Below are positions 15,588 to 26,264 of a stretch of DNA of 56,092 nucleotides, in pieces. Each line of letters opens with the position of its first letter. Within the stretch, counting starts at the first letter, position 1. This DNA comes from a virus. Lineage: Duplodnaviria; Caudoviricetes. The notes beneath the pieces were generated by a model that was not told where the DNA came from, made no database searches, and worked only from the letters and a program-made list of their open reading frames with translations. The DNA lies in IMG/VR virus record IMGVR_UViG_3300021959_000049, positions 1-56,092 of that record. One strand, written 5' to 3'. The position numbers and the translations under genes are program-made.

Positions 15588-16949
15588 ATGGATCTAGACC
15601 TGAGTGTCTTTGACACGGTCGCAGATATTCTCGACCCGCCCGATGACAACTGGGAACCTCTGCCGCATCAGGTTCCACCTCCAGGGCGCTGGTTTGCTTG
15701 GGCACTGATGGGCGGTCGTGGTGCAGGCAAGACAGCTACTGCTGCCCGCTACCTGCATGAACTTGTTCATGGCCCGCCGATGGTCGAAGGCGTGCCCGGT
15801 GGACATTGGATCAGTATTGTTGGTCCTACCCTAGGCGATGCTGTTACAAGTTGCGTCAACGGCCCGAGTGGTTTGCGCAAGTGGGATCCTGGCATCAAGG
15901 TTCTACAGCAGGCTGGCGGTACGGTCTGCCGTTGGTCAAACGGTGTAGAGGCTAAGTTGTTCGGAGCGCACAGCCCTGAAGATGTTGAGCGCTTCCGTGC
16001 TGGTGGTAACAGAACTTTTGTATGGGCAGAAGAGATGGCTGCTTGGAGATATCTAGAAGAGTCTTGGCAGCAGATCCGCTACGGCTTGCGTACCGGACTC
16101 TGGCCACACGCACTCATCACCACGACGCCCAAGCCACGAACTGTCATCCGCGACATCTTTGACAAAGCCAATCAGGCTCGTGAGCTTGGCATCGAAGACC
16201 CAGAGTACGTGATGACCCACGCGCCCACCAGCGCCAACACTCACCTGGACAAGCGTGTTCGTGAGATGCTGTATGCAGACTACGAAGGTACGCGTCTTGG
16301 ACGGCAGGAGCTTGCCGGTGAACTACTGCTTGACATTGAGAACGCACTGTGGGCAACTGAGTTCATTGACGGCAACCGCCACACGTTCGCGCAAGGTCCG
16401 AACGAGTCTGACTGCGATGCCGTGGTCGTAGCGGTTGACCCCCAGGCACAGAGCACAGGCGCAGAGACTGGCATCGTTGTTGCTGGCAAGATCAACCATT
16501 GGAAGAACGACAGCCGCCCTCACGCCTTTGTGTTCGGCGACGAGTCAATCAGCGGTACGCCAGATGTCTGGGCTACCAAGGCCGTTCGTGCTTACTACGA
16601 CTACGGTGCTAACTACATCGTCGCTGAGAAGAACCAGGGCGGCGACATGGTCAAATACACTATTCACAGCATCGACAACTCAGTTCCTGTTAAGGTAGTG
16701 AGCGCAACCCGTGGCAAGGCGCAGCGAGCAGAACCGGTTGCCTTGCAATATGAGCGAGGCAGAGTGCATCATGTTGGAACCTTTAACGAGCTAGAAGATC
16801 AGATGCTACAGTTCGATCCATTCGAACCACCAGAGGTCAGTCCTGACAGAATGGATGCTTTGGTCTGGGCTATCACAGATTTGCTGGTAGGCTCCGTAGA
16901 GATGCGGCAGCAGAAACTGCACGATCAGCGCCTGGCCGGTCGCCGATGA
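15588..16949 (+). CDS. terL: Terminase large subunit
   Basis: GGRGAGKT Walker A, WAEE Walker B, TTTP, RQEL, and nuclease motifs VAVDP and DRMDALVWA. Confidence 0.97.
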   Translation: MDLDLSVFDTVADILDPPDDNWEPLPHQVPPPGRWFAWALMGGRGAGKTATAARYLHELVHGPPMVEGVPGGHWISIVGPTLGDAVTSCVNGPSGLRKWDPGIKVLQQAGGTVCRWSNGVEAKLFGAHSPEDVERFRAGGNRTFVWAEEMAAWRYLEESWQQIRYGLRTGLWPHALITTTPKPRTVIRDIFDKANQARELGIEDPEYVMTHAPTSANTHLDKRVREMLYADYEGTRLGRQELAGELLLDIENALWATEFIDGNRHTFAQGPNESDCDAVVVAVDPQAQSTGAETGIVVAGKINHWKNDSRPHAFVFGDESISGTPDVWATKAVRAYYDYGANYIVAEKNQGGDMVKYTIHSIDNSVPVKVVSATRGKAQRAEPVALQYERGRVHHVGTFNELEDQMLQFDPFEPPEVSPDRMDALVWAITDLLVGSVEMRQQKLHDQRLAGRR

Positions 16950-16967
16950 TCCCGAAAGGAAACTCCA

Positions 16968-17252
16968 TTGCCACCTAAGAAGGATCCGCGACTCGAGCGT
17001 GCTGGAGTTTCTGGCTATAACAAGCCCAAGCGCACGCCCAACCATCCAACAAAGTCTCACGTCGTAGTTGCCAAGGAAGGCGACCAGGTCAAGCTGATTA
17101 GGTTTGGGCAGCAGGGCGTCAAGGGAGCAGGTAAGAACCCAAGAACTGAAGCCGAGAAGGCCCGTCGTCGGTCCTTCAAGGCTCGTCACGCTAAGAGCAT
17201 CTCAAAGGGTAAGATGTCAGCGGCGTACTGGGCCAACAAGGTCAAGTGGTGA
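16968..17252 (+). CDS. Small highly basic conserved phage protein
   Basis: KPKRTPNHPTKSHVV...IRFGQQG...RRSFKARH...SAAYWANKVKW; a family I recall from aquatic phages. Confidence 0.8.
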   Translation: MPPKKDPRLERAGVSGYNKPKRTPNHPTKSHVVVAKEGDQVKLIRFGQQGVKGAGKNPRTEAEKARRRSFKARHAKSISKGKMSAAYWANKVKW

Positions 17253-17464
17253 TTGGGGTGGGTAGTGAAGAAGCAAGCGGAACAAGGTGCTCTTTGGTTT
17301 GGTAACGGGACAATCGCATGTGCGATTGCTCACAACTTAGGTGACCTGCAAGCTGCAATGGATCCTGCCGTGTTGCAGGAAGCAAGCAAGACAGGCGCGG
17401 TCTTGATGATGATGATCATGAGCGGACACAAGTTTCTAGAACAGCGCAAGGATACTGAGGCGTA

Positions 17465-19150
17465 ATGCATCGTGAAGTTGACAACCTGATCGTTGACCCC
17501 TGGAGTTACTACTCCTTCAAGGGGCGCTTCAGTGACATGACGAACGCCCGAGCTTGGGCGGCCCCGAACTGGGTTGACGACTATCAAGACCGTAGGCGGT
17601 TGCAGGCATACATCATGCTTGAGTCCTACGTCATGAACATGTCGCGTGCTTGGTTGAACACGAACGCAACCGACAACGACAAGAGCAATAGGCGTGAATA
17701 TGGCGACCCGAGTATCCTTATTGATCAAATCCGTGCCTCTGTGCTGGGGAGCGGCTTTGGTATTCACGTTCCTGGCGCACAGGAACCAGTTCAAGACCGA
17801 ACAGAAGATCAATCTGTAGAACCGGTAGCCTCACCTGAGTACGACGCACTGCTGCTACTTGAAGAGTGGGCAGAAGCAGAGCACTTCGACATGAAGGTTG
17901 TCGAGAACGAGAACCAGTCAATCAAGCTCGGTGACAGCGTCGTGACTCTGGGCTGGTCCAGCCGCAAGGATCGGCCAGTCATGAACGTCTGGGATCCGGG
18001 CTTCTACTTCCCGGTGTGGAGTGATGACGGATCTGACAGCGAGGGCTTCAGTCAGGAGTTCCCCGAGAAGGTTCACATTGCCTACGAGTGGGAGCGTGAA
18101 GTAACCACCAGCCGCACTGATGTGTTTGTGCGTCGCATTACTTACGAGCTGCGCAGGCGTGATCCCGAAGATCCAAACAGCCCCATGACTTGCTTCATGG
18201 ATGATGGCAACTGGATGATCAGCGGCGGCAAGCAGAGCACAGGCATCTACGACCTTGACGAAGCCTCTGGTGATTACCGGGTAGCAGACCTGGACCTGAA
18301 CATTGACTTCATCCCGGTTGTCTACTTCCCGAACTTTGACCCAGGACAATACAACTGGTCGCACAGTTGCTTGGGTCCGGTCATGCAGATCCTTGATGAC
18401 TTGCAGGCAACCGACACTGATCTACAGGCTGCCGGGGCTGTAGCCGGTACTCCCCCGATCGCCGTCTCTGGGGCGCAGTTCGGCGATGGTGATATCGGAA
18501 CCTATGGCCCCGGCAGTTTGTATCAGCTCGGCGACGGAACGATGGCTACCATCGACACCAGTAGTGGTCTTCGTGCTCTTGCTGATTATAAGAACGAACT
18601 GCTTGAGCGGCTGAGCATCAACAGCAAAGTTCCAGAGTCAATGCTTGGCCGGGTCAAGCCCAGCGATGTTCCAAGTGGCATTGCTCTCTGGCTGAGCTTT
18701 GCACCGCACAGCGGCATGATCACGGAGATGCGTCGCATCCGCAGTGTGAAGTATGCGCTACTGCTCAAGATGGTTCTGCGCATGTACGCCAACGAAGACT
18801 CCAGCGTCAACAGTGATGTCATGGCCACAGTCAACTTCGGTAGCTACTTGCCAGCAGACCGCATGGAAACCATCAAGATGGTCGTCGAGGCGATGAACGC
18901 TAAGCTCAACCCGATGTCGCTTGAGACAGCAGTGTCCATGCTGCATGAGGCTGGTGTTCCAGTTGACGATGTGCAAGCTGAGATCCGTAGGATTGAGAAG
19001 CGTCAGTATGACGACGCTCTCACGCTTATCCAAACCACCGGTGACATCAATGCTGGTAGGCGTCTACTTGGCTACGAAGATCAGGCAACCCAGGAGCTTG
19101 TGGGTACTCAGCCCGAAGCCCCAGAAGAGGACACTGATCTATTTATCTAG
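17465..19150 (+). CDS. Portal protein
   Basis: 561 aa after TerL; FIPVVYFPN and PSGIAL motifs of SPP1-like portals. Confidence 0.9.
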   Translation: MHREVDNLIVDPWSYYSFKGRFSDMTNARAWAAPNWVDDYQDRRRLQAYIMLESYVMNMSRAWLNTNATDNDKSNRREYGDPSILIDQIRASVLGSGFGIHVPGAQEPVQDRTEDQSVEPVASPEYDALLLLEEWAEAEHFDMKVVENENQSIKLGDSVVTLGWSSRKDRPVMNVWDPGFYFPVWSDDGSDSEGFSQEFPEKVHIAYEWEREVTTSRTDVFVRRITYELRRRDPEDPNSPMTCFMDDGNWMISGGKQSTGIYDLDEASGDYRVADLDLNIDFIPVVYFPNFDPGQYNWSHSCLGPVMQILDDLQATDTDLQAAGAVAGTPPIAVSGAQFGDGDIGTYGPGSLYQLGDGTMATIDTSSGLRALADYKNELLERLSINSKVPESMLGRVKPSDVPSGIALWLSFAPHSGMITEMRRIRSVKYALLLKMVLRMYANEDSSVNSDVMATVNFGSYLPADRMETIKMVVEAMNAKLNPMSLETAVSMLHEAGVPVDDVQAEIRRIEKRQYDDALTLIQTTGDINAGRRLLGYEDQATQELVGTQPEAPEEDTDLFI

Positions 19151-19251
19151 ATGATGCTTGCATCTTATAGTTGACTTCGTGTTATCCTGCTGCTACCGGG
19201 GACTTCCCGGATCACCCCGTAATGGGGACGAGATTAGAAAGCAGGAAACCA

Positions 19252-19881
19252 ATGGCAGAAGAGATTGAAAGTAACGACGACGCCGAGTCAACCCTAGAGG
19301 ACTCAACTGGCAAGTCGTTCACTCAGGACGATCTCAACCGAGTGGGTACTAAAGAACGCCGTCAAGGGAAAGCCGCCGGTCAGCGTGAGCTGCTGGAGTC
19401 CCTGGGCGTTGAGTCCGCTGAAGATCTTCATGCCATCGTCGAGGCTCGCCGAGAACAGGAAGAAGCTGACAAGAGCGAGCTGACCAGGGCGCAAGAGGGT
19501 GCTGCAAAGGCTGAGGCTAATGCCAGCGCAGCATTTCGAGAGGCAGAAGCGGCTCGCCACGAGGCGAACGTAATGATGGCCCTCCTCCAAGCCGGGTCCG
19601 GCACCGAACATGTGATGGATCTAATTCCGATGGTGAAGGCTAATGTGGGTGCCAACACCGAAGAGTTGGGTGAAGCCATTACAGCTATGAAAGAGAAGTT
19701 TCCTGCTCTGTTCGAACAGTCGGGTGGCACCGACCAAGCGGACGGCGATACCGGTGGTAATCCGGATAGCGAAACTGGCAAGGGACCGAAGAAGAAGACG
19801 ACCGGCCAGAGCCCTCAGGACCGGGCTCGCGAACGGCTGCGTCAACGTCATCCTCAGATGTTCCAAGACCAGGCATCCTGA
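19252..19881 (+). CDS. Capsid scaffolding protein
   Basis: SFTQDDLNR...KSEL coiled coil...KFPALF; lies before the capsid genes. Confidence 0.85.
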   Translation: MAEEIESNDDAESTLEDSTGKSFTQDDLNRVGTKERRQGKAAGQRELLESLGVESAEDLHAIVEARREQEEADKSELTRAQEGAAKAEANASAAFREAEAARHEANVMMALLQAGSGTEHVMDLIPMVKANVGANTEELGEAITAMKEKFPALFEQSGGTDQADGDTGGNPDSETGKGPKKKTTGQSPQDRARERLRQRHPQMFQDQAS

Positions 19882-19913
19882 TCCATTAGGCCCCTACTGT
19901 AAGGAGTAGAAAC

Positions 19914-20417
19914 ATGGGCTTCAACCCCTCCATCCGGACTGAGCTTACTGTCGTCGATGACGACCGCAAGTGGTGCCGGACCACCAAGGGATGGAACACC
20001 ACTCAGACCATCACGCTTGACATGTCGACCTTCACGGGCGATGTGTTTGCCGACGGCAGCGGCGCTGTCGAAGGCCGTGTTCTGCACAGCGGTGTTCCGC
20101 TCGGTCGCATCACTGCGTCCGGCAAGTACGGTCCGTACGACAACGACCAGACCGACGGCACCGAGGTGCTCGCCGGTTACCTGTTCAGCGCTGTCGAATC
20201 TGACAACGACACCTTTACCAGCGGTACTGACATGGCTGCCACCCTCCTTTGGGAAGGCGAAGTCATCCAGGACCGTACCCCGGTTCACGGTCTCGGCGTT
20301 GACAACGACCCTGGCTTCCTCGACGATACCACTCGGGACGCCCATACCAGTATCCGTTTCGTGCAGTCCTCTGATCTTGATGAGCAGGGCGACTCTGGCC
20401 TCGGCTACGCGGTCTGA
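19914..20417 (+). CDS. Head decoration (cement) protein
   Basis: SGVPLGRITASGKYGPYD...DGTEVLAGYL, a lambda gpD-like pattern. Confidence 0.85.
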   Translation: MGFNPSIRTELTVVDDDRKWCRTTKGWNTTQTITLDMSTFTGDVFADGSGAVEGRVLHSGVPLGRITASGKYGPYDNDQTDGTEVLAGYLFSAVESDNDTFTSGTDMAATLLWEGEVIQDRTPVHGLGVDNDPGFLDDTTRDAHTSIRFVQSSDLDEQGDSGLGYAV

Positions 20418-20434
20418 TAGGAAGGAAGTGAACA

Positions 20435-21481
20435 ATGGCTGGTGAACAGCTTGTCTGGGATCTTGTCGATCCCGTCGAACTCATCACCTACGTTCGTGAG
20501 TACGCGAACGAGCTGACGCGCACTGATGCGCAGCTCTCCCCGTACTTCACCTGGCTCCCGCCAGTGACCACGGACGAGATTGAGTTCCGAATCCGTAAGG
20601 GCGATCTTCTTGATGTGGATGCCGCTGTCTACCGTGCATGGGACACTCCTGCTCCCATGACCGGTCGTCAGGGTACGACCCGCATCGAGGGTGAGCTTGG
20701 GCCGATCAGCCGTCAGATCCCTCTGACGGAGGAAGAGCACATCCGCAAGCGGATTCTTGACACCGGTAACGACGACCCGTTGATCAACCAGATCTACGCG
20801 GACGCTGAGCGCATGGTTCGCTCGGTCTACGTCCGTCTTGCTCTGGGCATCGGCGAGTTGATGGACAGCGGCTCGCTGACCATCAACGAGAACGGTCTCG
20901 CCCTTACCGCTGACTTTGGTCGTAAGGCCGGTAGCTCGAAGACTCGTGCTACCGTCTGGACCGACGCAGCAGCCCCGGCCCTCAGCGAACTGCTTGAGTG
21001 GGTCGAGGACTACGACGATGAGAACGGTGAGGAGCCTGGCGCTATCATCATCAACCGTTCCATTCGTAACGCACTCATGACCAACACTGAGTTCCTCAAC
21101 TACGCAGCGGCCAACGGCACCACGCCGAGCCGACTGAACATTGCTGAGCTCAATGGCGTGATGGCAGACAACGATCTGCCCCCGCTGGTCATGCTTGACA
21201 GCAAGGTGCGTGTGAACGGCTCGCAGGTTCGCGTCCTGCCGAAGAACAAGCTGTTCTTCGCGCCGCCGTCGTACACCCAGCTCGGTGAGACCCGTATGGG
21301 TGTCACCGCCGAGGCGATGCTCGCCAGCGACCTCGGCATTGTGGACAGCGCTGATGCCGCAGGCGTCGTGGCTGCCACGCTCCAGAACACCCACCCGGTG
21401 CAGACTTCGGTCTTGGGCACGGCTGTCGGCCTGCCCATCATGCCGAACCCGGACATGGTGTTTGACTGCACGGTGCTGTAG
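20435..21481 (+). CDS. Major capsid protein (lambda gpE-like)
   Basis: 348 aa after the decoration protein; AVYRAWDTPAP, DFG and C-terminal LPIMPNP; strong codon bias. Confidence 0.92.
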   Translation: MAGEQLVWDLVDPVELITYVREYANELTRTDAQLSPYFTWLPPVTTDEIEFRIRKGDLLDVDAAVYRAWDTPAPMTGRQGTTRIEGELGPISRQIPLTEEEHIRKRILDTGNDDPLINQIYADAERMVRSVYVRLALGIGELMDSGSLTINENGLALTADFGRKAGSSKTRATVWTDAAAPALSELLEWVEDYDDENGEEPGAIIINRSIRNALMTNTEFLNYAAANGTTPSRLNIAELNGVMADNDLPPLVMLDSKVRVNGSQVRVLPKNKLFFAPPSYTQLGETRMGVTAEAMLASDLGIVDSADAAGVVAATLQNTHPVQTSVLGTAVGLPIMPNPDMVFDCTVL

Positions 21482-21492
21482 TCATAGGTGAT

Positions 21493-21530
21493 ATGGTGGG
21501 GAGCGTTCATTCGTGGGCGCTCCCCACCAT
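21493..21530 (+). terminator. Terminator after the major capsid gene
   Basis: 13-bp inverted repeat ATGGTGGGGAGCG/CGCTCCCCACCAT. Confidence 0.8.
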
Positions 21531-21556
21531 CAACTGATTCCCCAGGAGTAATTAGA

Positions 21557-21892
21557 ATGGCTTACATTGTAGAGCGAGAGTTCAATGTTCTTGACCCCTC
21601 GTCCGTGTGGAAAGTTCGTAAGGTCGTAGCTGGTACGGTCATCAGCGCTGAGGAGTTTGCCTCTCTCGAGCCGCTGCACCAGTCCTGCGTTAGGAACACC
21701 GAAGCTGGCATTGCCGCTCCATCTGGTGACAGCCTGGTGACCATCCAGGAAGAGAAGCCCGAGGACCGGTCTCTTGAAGACATGACCGTCTCGCAACTGC
21801 GTGCCCTGGTTGAGGCGCACGATGTTGAAGTTGAAGGCAAGAACAAGCAGTCAATCGTAGATGCACTGCGTGCCGCAGGTATCGAAGGCTGA
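21557..21892 (+). CDS. Head-associated protein with C-terminal Rho-N/HeH-like domain
   Basis: LEDMTVSQLRALVEAHDV...KQSIVDAL; RBS AGGAG. Confidence 0.75.
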   Translation: MAYIVEREFNVLDPSSVWKVRKVVAGTVISAEEFASLEPLHQSCVRNTEAGIAAPSGDSLVTIQEEKPEDRSLEDMTVSQLRALVEAHDVEVEGKNKQSIVDALRAAGIEG

Positions 21893-21913
21893 CCTCAACC
21901 CTGAGGGGGCGCA

Positions 21914-22240
21914 ATGGCAACCATTACAGCAGGTGAAGAAGCCGTCCTCCGATCCTTCGTTGGTGACGAGGTTCTGCTTTCAGATCTTCAGTCTCGGTAC
22001 GACCGCCTCGAGGACTTTGACGAAGTAGTCCTCGAGGTGCTGCGCCACCAACTGTCCGAGTTCGTTTCTGACGGCTCGGCAGTTATCGTCATTGATGGCA
22101 TCACCATCAACAACACGGAGAACATCCGTGCTCTGCGGCAGCAGATCAAGGACTTCGAGAGCAACGGTGGGACCGGTCTTGAAGAGCCAACTACCCTCGG
22201 CGCACAGGTCCGGAGGATCACACGACCGACGCTGAGGTAG
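21914..22240 (+). CDS. Head-to-tail adaptor (putative)
   Basis: Size and position after the capsid genes. Confidence 0.6.
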   Translation: MATITAGEEAVLRSFVGDEVLLSDLQSRYDRLEDFDEVVLEVLRHQLSEFVSDGSAVIVIDGITINNTENIRALRQQIKDFESNGGTGLEEPTTLGAQVRRITRPTLR

Positions 22241-22243
22241 CGC

Positions 22244-25200
22244 ATGGCATACCCCGAAGAGTCTGAGGGAGAGATCTTCACCCGAGGCATCCGTCGCCGG
22301 TTCTACCAGATCGATGCGTTCTCAGAGTTTGAGATGTCACGGATGGTATCTGTCCGTGGCAAGAACCGTAACTGGGCCACGACGCAGGGTCGGTTGATTA
22401 GATCTATCAACGGCACCCAGGCAGACATTGATCTGTTCATTGATAGAGACCTAGAAGATATCTTCAGGGCCGGTATGCTTTCCGGCGCTGACGACAACGC
22501 TTACGTTCTCACTGCTGCTGACAAAGCTGCACTCCGCAGAAGGCGAAACCGTGTCCGCACGACAATGGAGAGGGCGAAGACAGAAGCACGCCGTAACATT
22601 CGTGGCTCCTGGCGTAAGAACAAAGAGTACGCGACTCAGTTCCCAGAGAAGAGCAGGAACAAGCGTGCGCTTGCTGTCGTTTACAAAGATGGGCGCAGGC
22701 AGCCATACGGCAAATACATGGACTCAGTCGTGCGAACTGAAGCCCAGTCCAGCTACAACTTGGGAGTCATCCGTGGTGCCCAGACCAAAGGCGTTGGTGC
22801 ATTCGAAGTTGTAGACGGACCTGGATGTGGTCTGACCAGCCATGACGACGGTGACATTGCCAACGGCCAGATCCTCAACGCGGATGACTGCAAGCGCTAC
22901 CTTGTAGCACACCCGAACTGCACCCGCACGTTTGTTCCTCGCCCTGACCTTCCTGCTCCAGACAATCGGTCTAGCAGGCTGCAAGCAATTAGAGATCGTA
23001 TTCAGAGTGAGCTGTCGGCTGCTCAGGCTCGCGACATTGCGCAGATCAACACCAACCAGATCCTGCTTGACCTGGCTCTTGACGCTGACTTCCGTAGGTT
23101 TGTGTTCAACGGTGCCAGGCAAGGCGTCAAGACTTTGTCCGACATGCAGAACCGCATTGACGACTATCTACTGCGCCGGACACTTGCCGAGGTGCCCCTA
23201 ACTGAAGACGAGCTATTTGACATTGCCTCAGCGCAGATCGATGAGTTCCTTGAGAGTGGTGAAGTGTCATCAATGGATGATTGGCTGCGCTTTATCATCT
23301 CTGGCGGGGAGGATCTGAACGCACGCCAGTTGCAGAAAGTGGCTGGTGACTTTGACTACTTGCGAGAGATCAGTATTCGTGCTGACCTCACGCACAGAGA
23401 ACTGAATATCCTGAACTCAATCGAGCAGGAGTACGGCAGTCACATCCTGCAACAGTTGAACGCAATCCAACCGCCAGGTTCTCGGGATGATTTGCGCGAA
23501 GCATACGAAAGATTCCTTGAGCGCTACCTGCCGAATGCCAACCCTGGTGGCAACTCTCAGAGAATTGCCAACCGTGTTCGTGGACGCATAGCCACAAGGT
23601 TCTTGCGTGACGTTGTTCAGGAGAACACTACCAACAAGCTGGCTCGAGAGATCAACGAGAGACTGGCAGACCTAGCAGACGCAGCCGACAATGTTCAGGC
23701 TTTCATCAATGCTCGGGGCATCGTCTCTCGCGGTGAGGTCAGTTTCCCAAGGCTGGGTCGCTACCTCAACCGTGCCGACCTGTTCGGCGCTCGCTATACG
23801 TGGACCACTCGCGTCATCAGGGCAGAGTCAACCATTGTTAACAAGTGGCGTCACCTAGATCGTGGCAACCTGATTGCAGAAGTTCTTGCCCGTGGCGGCA
23901 GCCAGTACGACCTCCAGCAGTACCTGCAAGGCAAGAAGGATACGATCTTCACGGCGGTTGTTCGCAAGAAGACCAGGCAGGAGCTGATTCGCTGGTTGGG
24001 CTACCGACCAGGCATCCTGCATCACTTCACGATCAACCCGCAGGGTATGGTGCGCCTAGGGTTCCGCTGGGACCCTGCCTACGGTTGGAAACGACCACTG
24101 CCGGTGCTGCGAGTCATCCCTAAGGATATTCCTGGCGCTCGTGCCCTCAGGTACGAAGCTCGCCTGAACCGTGGCAAGCTGGCTCCTGGCCAGGCCAACG
24201 TGATGATGCAGCGCCGGTTTGATCCTGAAACGGGCTTGGAGATTCCAAGAGGTGAGCAGAACGCAGTTGACTTTGTGGATGGTATCCGCATCCGCAGCAT
24301 TAGTCAAGAGATCAGTATTGCCACCGGCGGCTGGGCCAACGTCAATGAACTCGGCGGGTTCAATCTACCCACGGGACTAAACCCAGGGATTGACCGCATT
24401 GGTATTAGGTTCAAGACTGTTCTCAATCAGATCAACGGCGAAAACGTAGTTCCTCTCAGGAACGCTGACGACTTAGCTCTGCTTTACCAGAACCTAAGCA
24501 TCAACGACCTGATTAGGCAAACACAGTTCATGTCTACGTTTGCAGAGTTCAAGGCTATGGGCTGGTCTTGGATGCGTATCGGCAAGACGTTGAGCCTGAA
24601 GCCAGATGAGATTGCTGCGTTGGCTAGGACGTTCCGAGTTTACTTCGGTCCTGACTACCGTAGGGTTGCTAGAATCACCACATACATGGCTCAGGCTCAG
24701 CGTGCCATGACCACCAATCCAAATCCTGAAGAGGCAATCAACTTGATTGCACAGGCTTACGCAGAGCAGCAGAAGTTCCGTGAGCTAAAGATTGTTAGGA
24801 ACGGGTTCAAGTTCGGGCTGGATGTTGACCCGGTGCGCAAGCAGGATCTACTTGCCAGGATCAGCAATCAAGCAGAGGTTATCTACAAGAGGATCTCCGA
24901 CTACTACGAGGGCCAAGGGCTCACGGTTGCCCCATTGCTAGAAGAAGCAACCAGTCCCATGCATACGCAGGGCTGGTTTGCTGTCTACAGAGAACTGATT
25001 GAGACTGCCTACGGTAGGGCTGGCACAAACGCAGAAGATATCAAGAAGGTCACTGAGTCCTGGAAAGAAGTGTTCCGCACAGCCTGGCGGGCTGGTATTA
25101 CCACTAGCCGCGACCCTCGGTCCTGGGTTGAGGCTGTTCTCAAGCCTTTGATCGGTGAGGGCAAAGTTGAGGAACTCGTAACACTGCTCAACAAGGTGAC

Positions 25201-26263
25201 TTACATAGCACAGAACCGTCGCATGACCTGGGAAGTCACCGATGGTACATTCAGGCTTCGCATGGGTTTGGATGCTCAGACCATTCGTTCAGTAGAGACT
25301 CTGGATGACGCTGGGCTACCCATTGGTGTAAGCCCTGAAGGCATCCGGACTGTTACGCCTTATGGTCAGGCTCGCCAGGTAGATCTAGCTAATGTCGACC
25401 CGCTGACAAGGAAGCGGCTAGCGGAAGCTTTCGCAAAGTTTGAGGAGCGCTTCCCTGGTATCGCATCAACCATTACCCAGATTCAGTTCGGTGGTAGGTC
25501 GACTGTGTTCATCAAGGGTAGCGAGTTTCATGCAGCTTTCGCACCGGCTGACTACGTGCCACCTGGATACGTAGACCCTAGTGGTATTGAACTTAGCCTT
25601 GGGGAGAAGTTCATTGATGGCATTCTGTATTTCAACAGTAGGACTCGTGACAACGTAAAGAGAATGTTCAAGGTTGGTTGGTACTCAACCAACGACAATG
25701 CACAGCACATTGAGTTCCACGAGTTTGGGCACACAGTTCATCACTGGATCAACGATGTTTACCGGGCGAAGAATGGGATCCGTATCCCATTCAGGGGTGA
25801 CGTCGTAGGCAGCCCGGGAGACGACTCGGCAGATTACTGGTTTCCCATGCGTGGTTGGGATCTTCGTGACCCTGAGCGCATGAGAACTGTGAACCCTGCC
25901 GCACAGATCTTGGTCGATGCAATCCTTCAGCACCCTAATTTCCCAAAGGGTGCAGCCCGTGAGGCATTGTTCCGAAAGTACGGCGATGACTTCACGTTCC
26001 TAGTGCGCAGTTTCCTGAGTAAGTATCAGAGCACCTACTCGTCAGCGAGCTGGAAGGAAGCTTTCGCAGAGGCCTTTGCAGAAGGTGCCATCAAAGGTGA
26101 AAAGGCAAGGCCGATTGCTCGCTACATTTACCAGACGGTCGTCGCGCTGTACGATGGCTATGAGGATGCTGTTGGTTCGGGAGAAATTCTGGAGTGGGAC
26201 CTAGAGATACTGCTCGCCGGGTTCAGAGACGGGATCCGACCAATCCCAAGAGAGGATCTGTAA
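22244..26263 (+). CDS. MuF-like minor head protein fused to a long insert and a C-terminal zincin metallopeptidase
   Basis: N-terminal VVRTEAQSSYNLG...C...HPNCTR MuF motif; C-terminal HEFGH...Y...EAFAEAF. Confidence 0.85.
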   Translation: MAYPEESEGEIFTRGIRRRFYQIDAFSEFEMSRMVSVRGKNRNWATTQGRLIRSINGTQADIDLFIDRDLEDIFRAGMLSGADDNAYVLTAADKAALRRRRNRVRTTMERAKTEARRNIRGSWRKNKEYATQFPEKSRNKRALAVVYKDGRRQPYGKYMDSVVRTEAQSSYNLGVIRGAQTKGVGAFEVVDGPGCGLTSHDDGDIANGQILNADDCKRYLVAHPNCTRTFVPRPDLPAPDNRSSRLQAIRDRIQSELSAAQARDIAQINTNQILLDLALDADFRRFVFNGARQGVKTLSDMQNRIDDYLLRRTLAEVPLTEDELFDIASAQIDEFLESGEVSSMDDWLRFIISGGEDLNARQLQKVAGDFDYLREISIRADLTHRELNILNSIEQEYGSHILQQLNAIQPPGSRDDLREAYERFLERYLPNANPGGNSQRIANRVRGRIATRFLRDVVQENTTNKLAREINERLADLADAADNVQAFINARGIVSRGEVSFPRLGRYLNRADLFGARYTWTTRVIRAESTIVNKWRHLDRGNLIAEVLARGGSQYDLQQYLQGKKDTIFTAVVRKKTRQELIRWLGYRPGILHHFTINPQGMVRLGFRWDPAYGWKRPLPVLRVIPKDIPGARALRYEARLNRGKLAPGQANVMMQRRFDPETGLEIPRGEQNAVDFVDGIRIRSISQEISIATGGWANVNELGGFNLPTGLNPGIDRIGIRFKTVLNQINGENVVPLRNADDLALLYQNLSINDLIRQTQFMSTFAEFKAMGWSWMRIGKTLSLKPDEIAALARTFRVYFGPDYRRVARITTYMAQAQRAMTTNPNPEEAINLIAQAYAEQQKFRELKIVRNGFKFGLDVDPVRKQDLLARISNQAEVIYKRISDYYEGQGLTVAPLLEEATSPMHTQGWFAVYRELIETAYGRAGTNAEDIKKVTESWKEVFRTAWRAGITTSRDPRSWVEAVLKPLIGEGKVEELVTLLNKVTYIAQNRRMTWEVTDGTFRLRMGLDAQTIRSVETLDDAGLPIGVSPEGIRTVTPYGQARQVDLANVDPLTRKRLAEAFAKFEERFPGIASTITQIQFGGRSTVFIKGSEFHAAFAPADYVPPGYVDPSGIELSLGEKFIDGILYFNSRTRDNVKRMFKVGWYSTNDNAQHIEFHEFGHTVHHWINDVYRAKNGIRIPFRGDVVGSPGDDSADYWFPMRGWDLRDPERMRTVNPAAQILVDAILQHPNFPKGAAREALFRKYGDDFTFLVRSFLSKYQSTYSSASWKEAFAEAFAEGAIKGEKARPIARYIYQTVVALYDGYEDAVGSGEILEWDLEILLAGFRDGIRPIPREDL

Positions 26264-26264
26264 A

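Noticed and set aside
15588-16949. Inteins or introns in TerL, DnaE or the helicases
   Set aside because: Lengths are normal, motifs are contiguous, and no intein splice-junction motifs were seen.
17253-17465. 70-aa ORF between the basic protein and the portal
   Set aside because: TTG start, no clear RBS and no motif; insufficient support.
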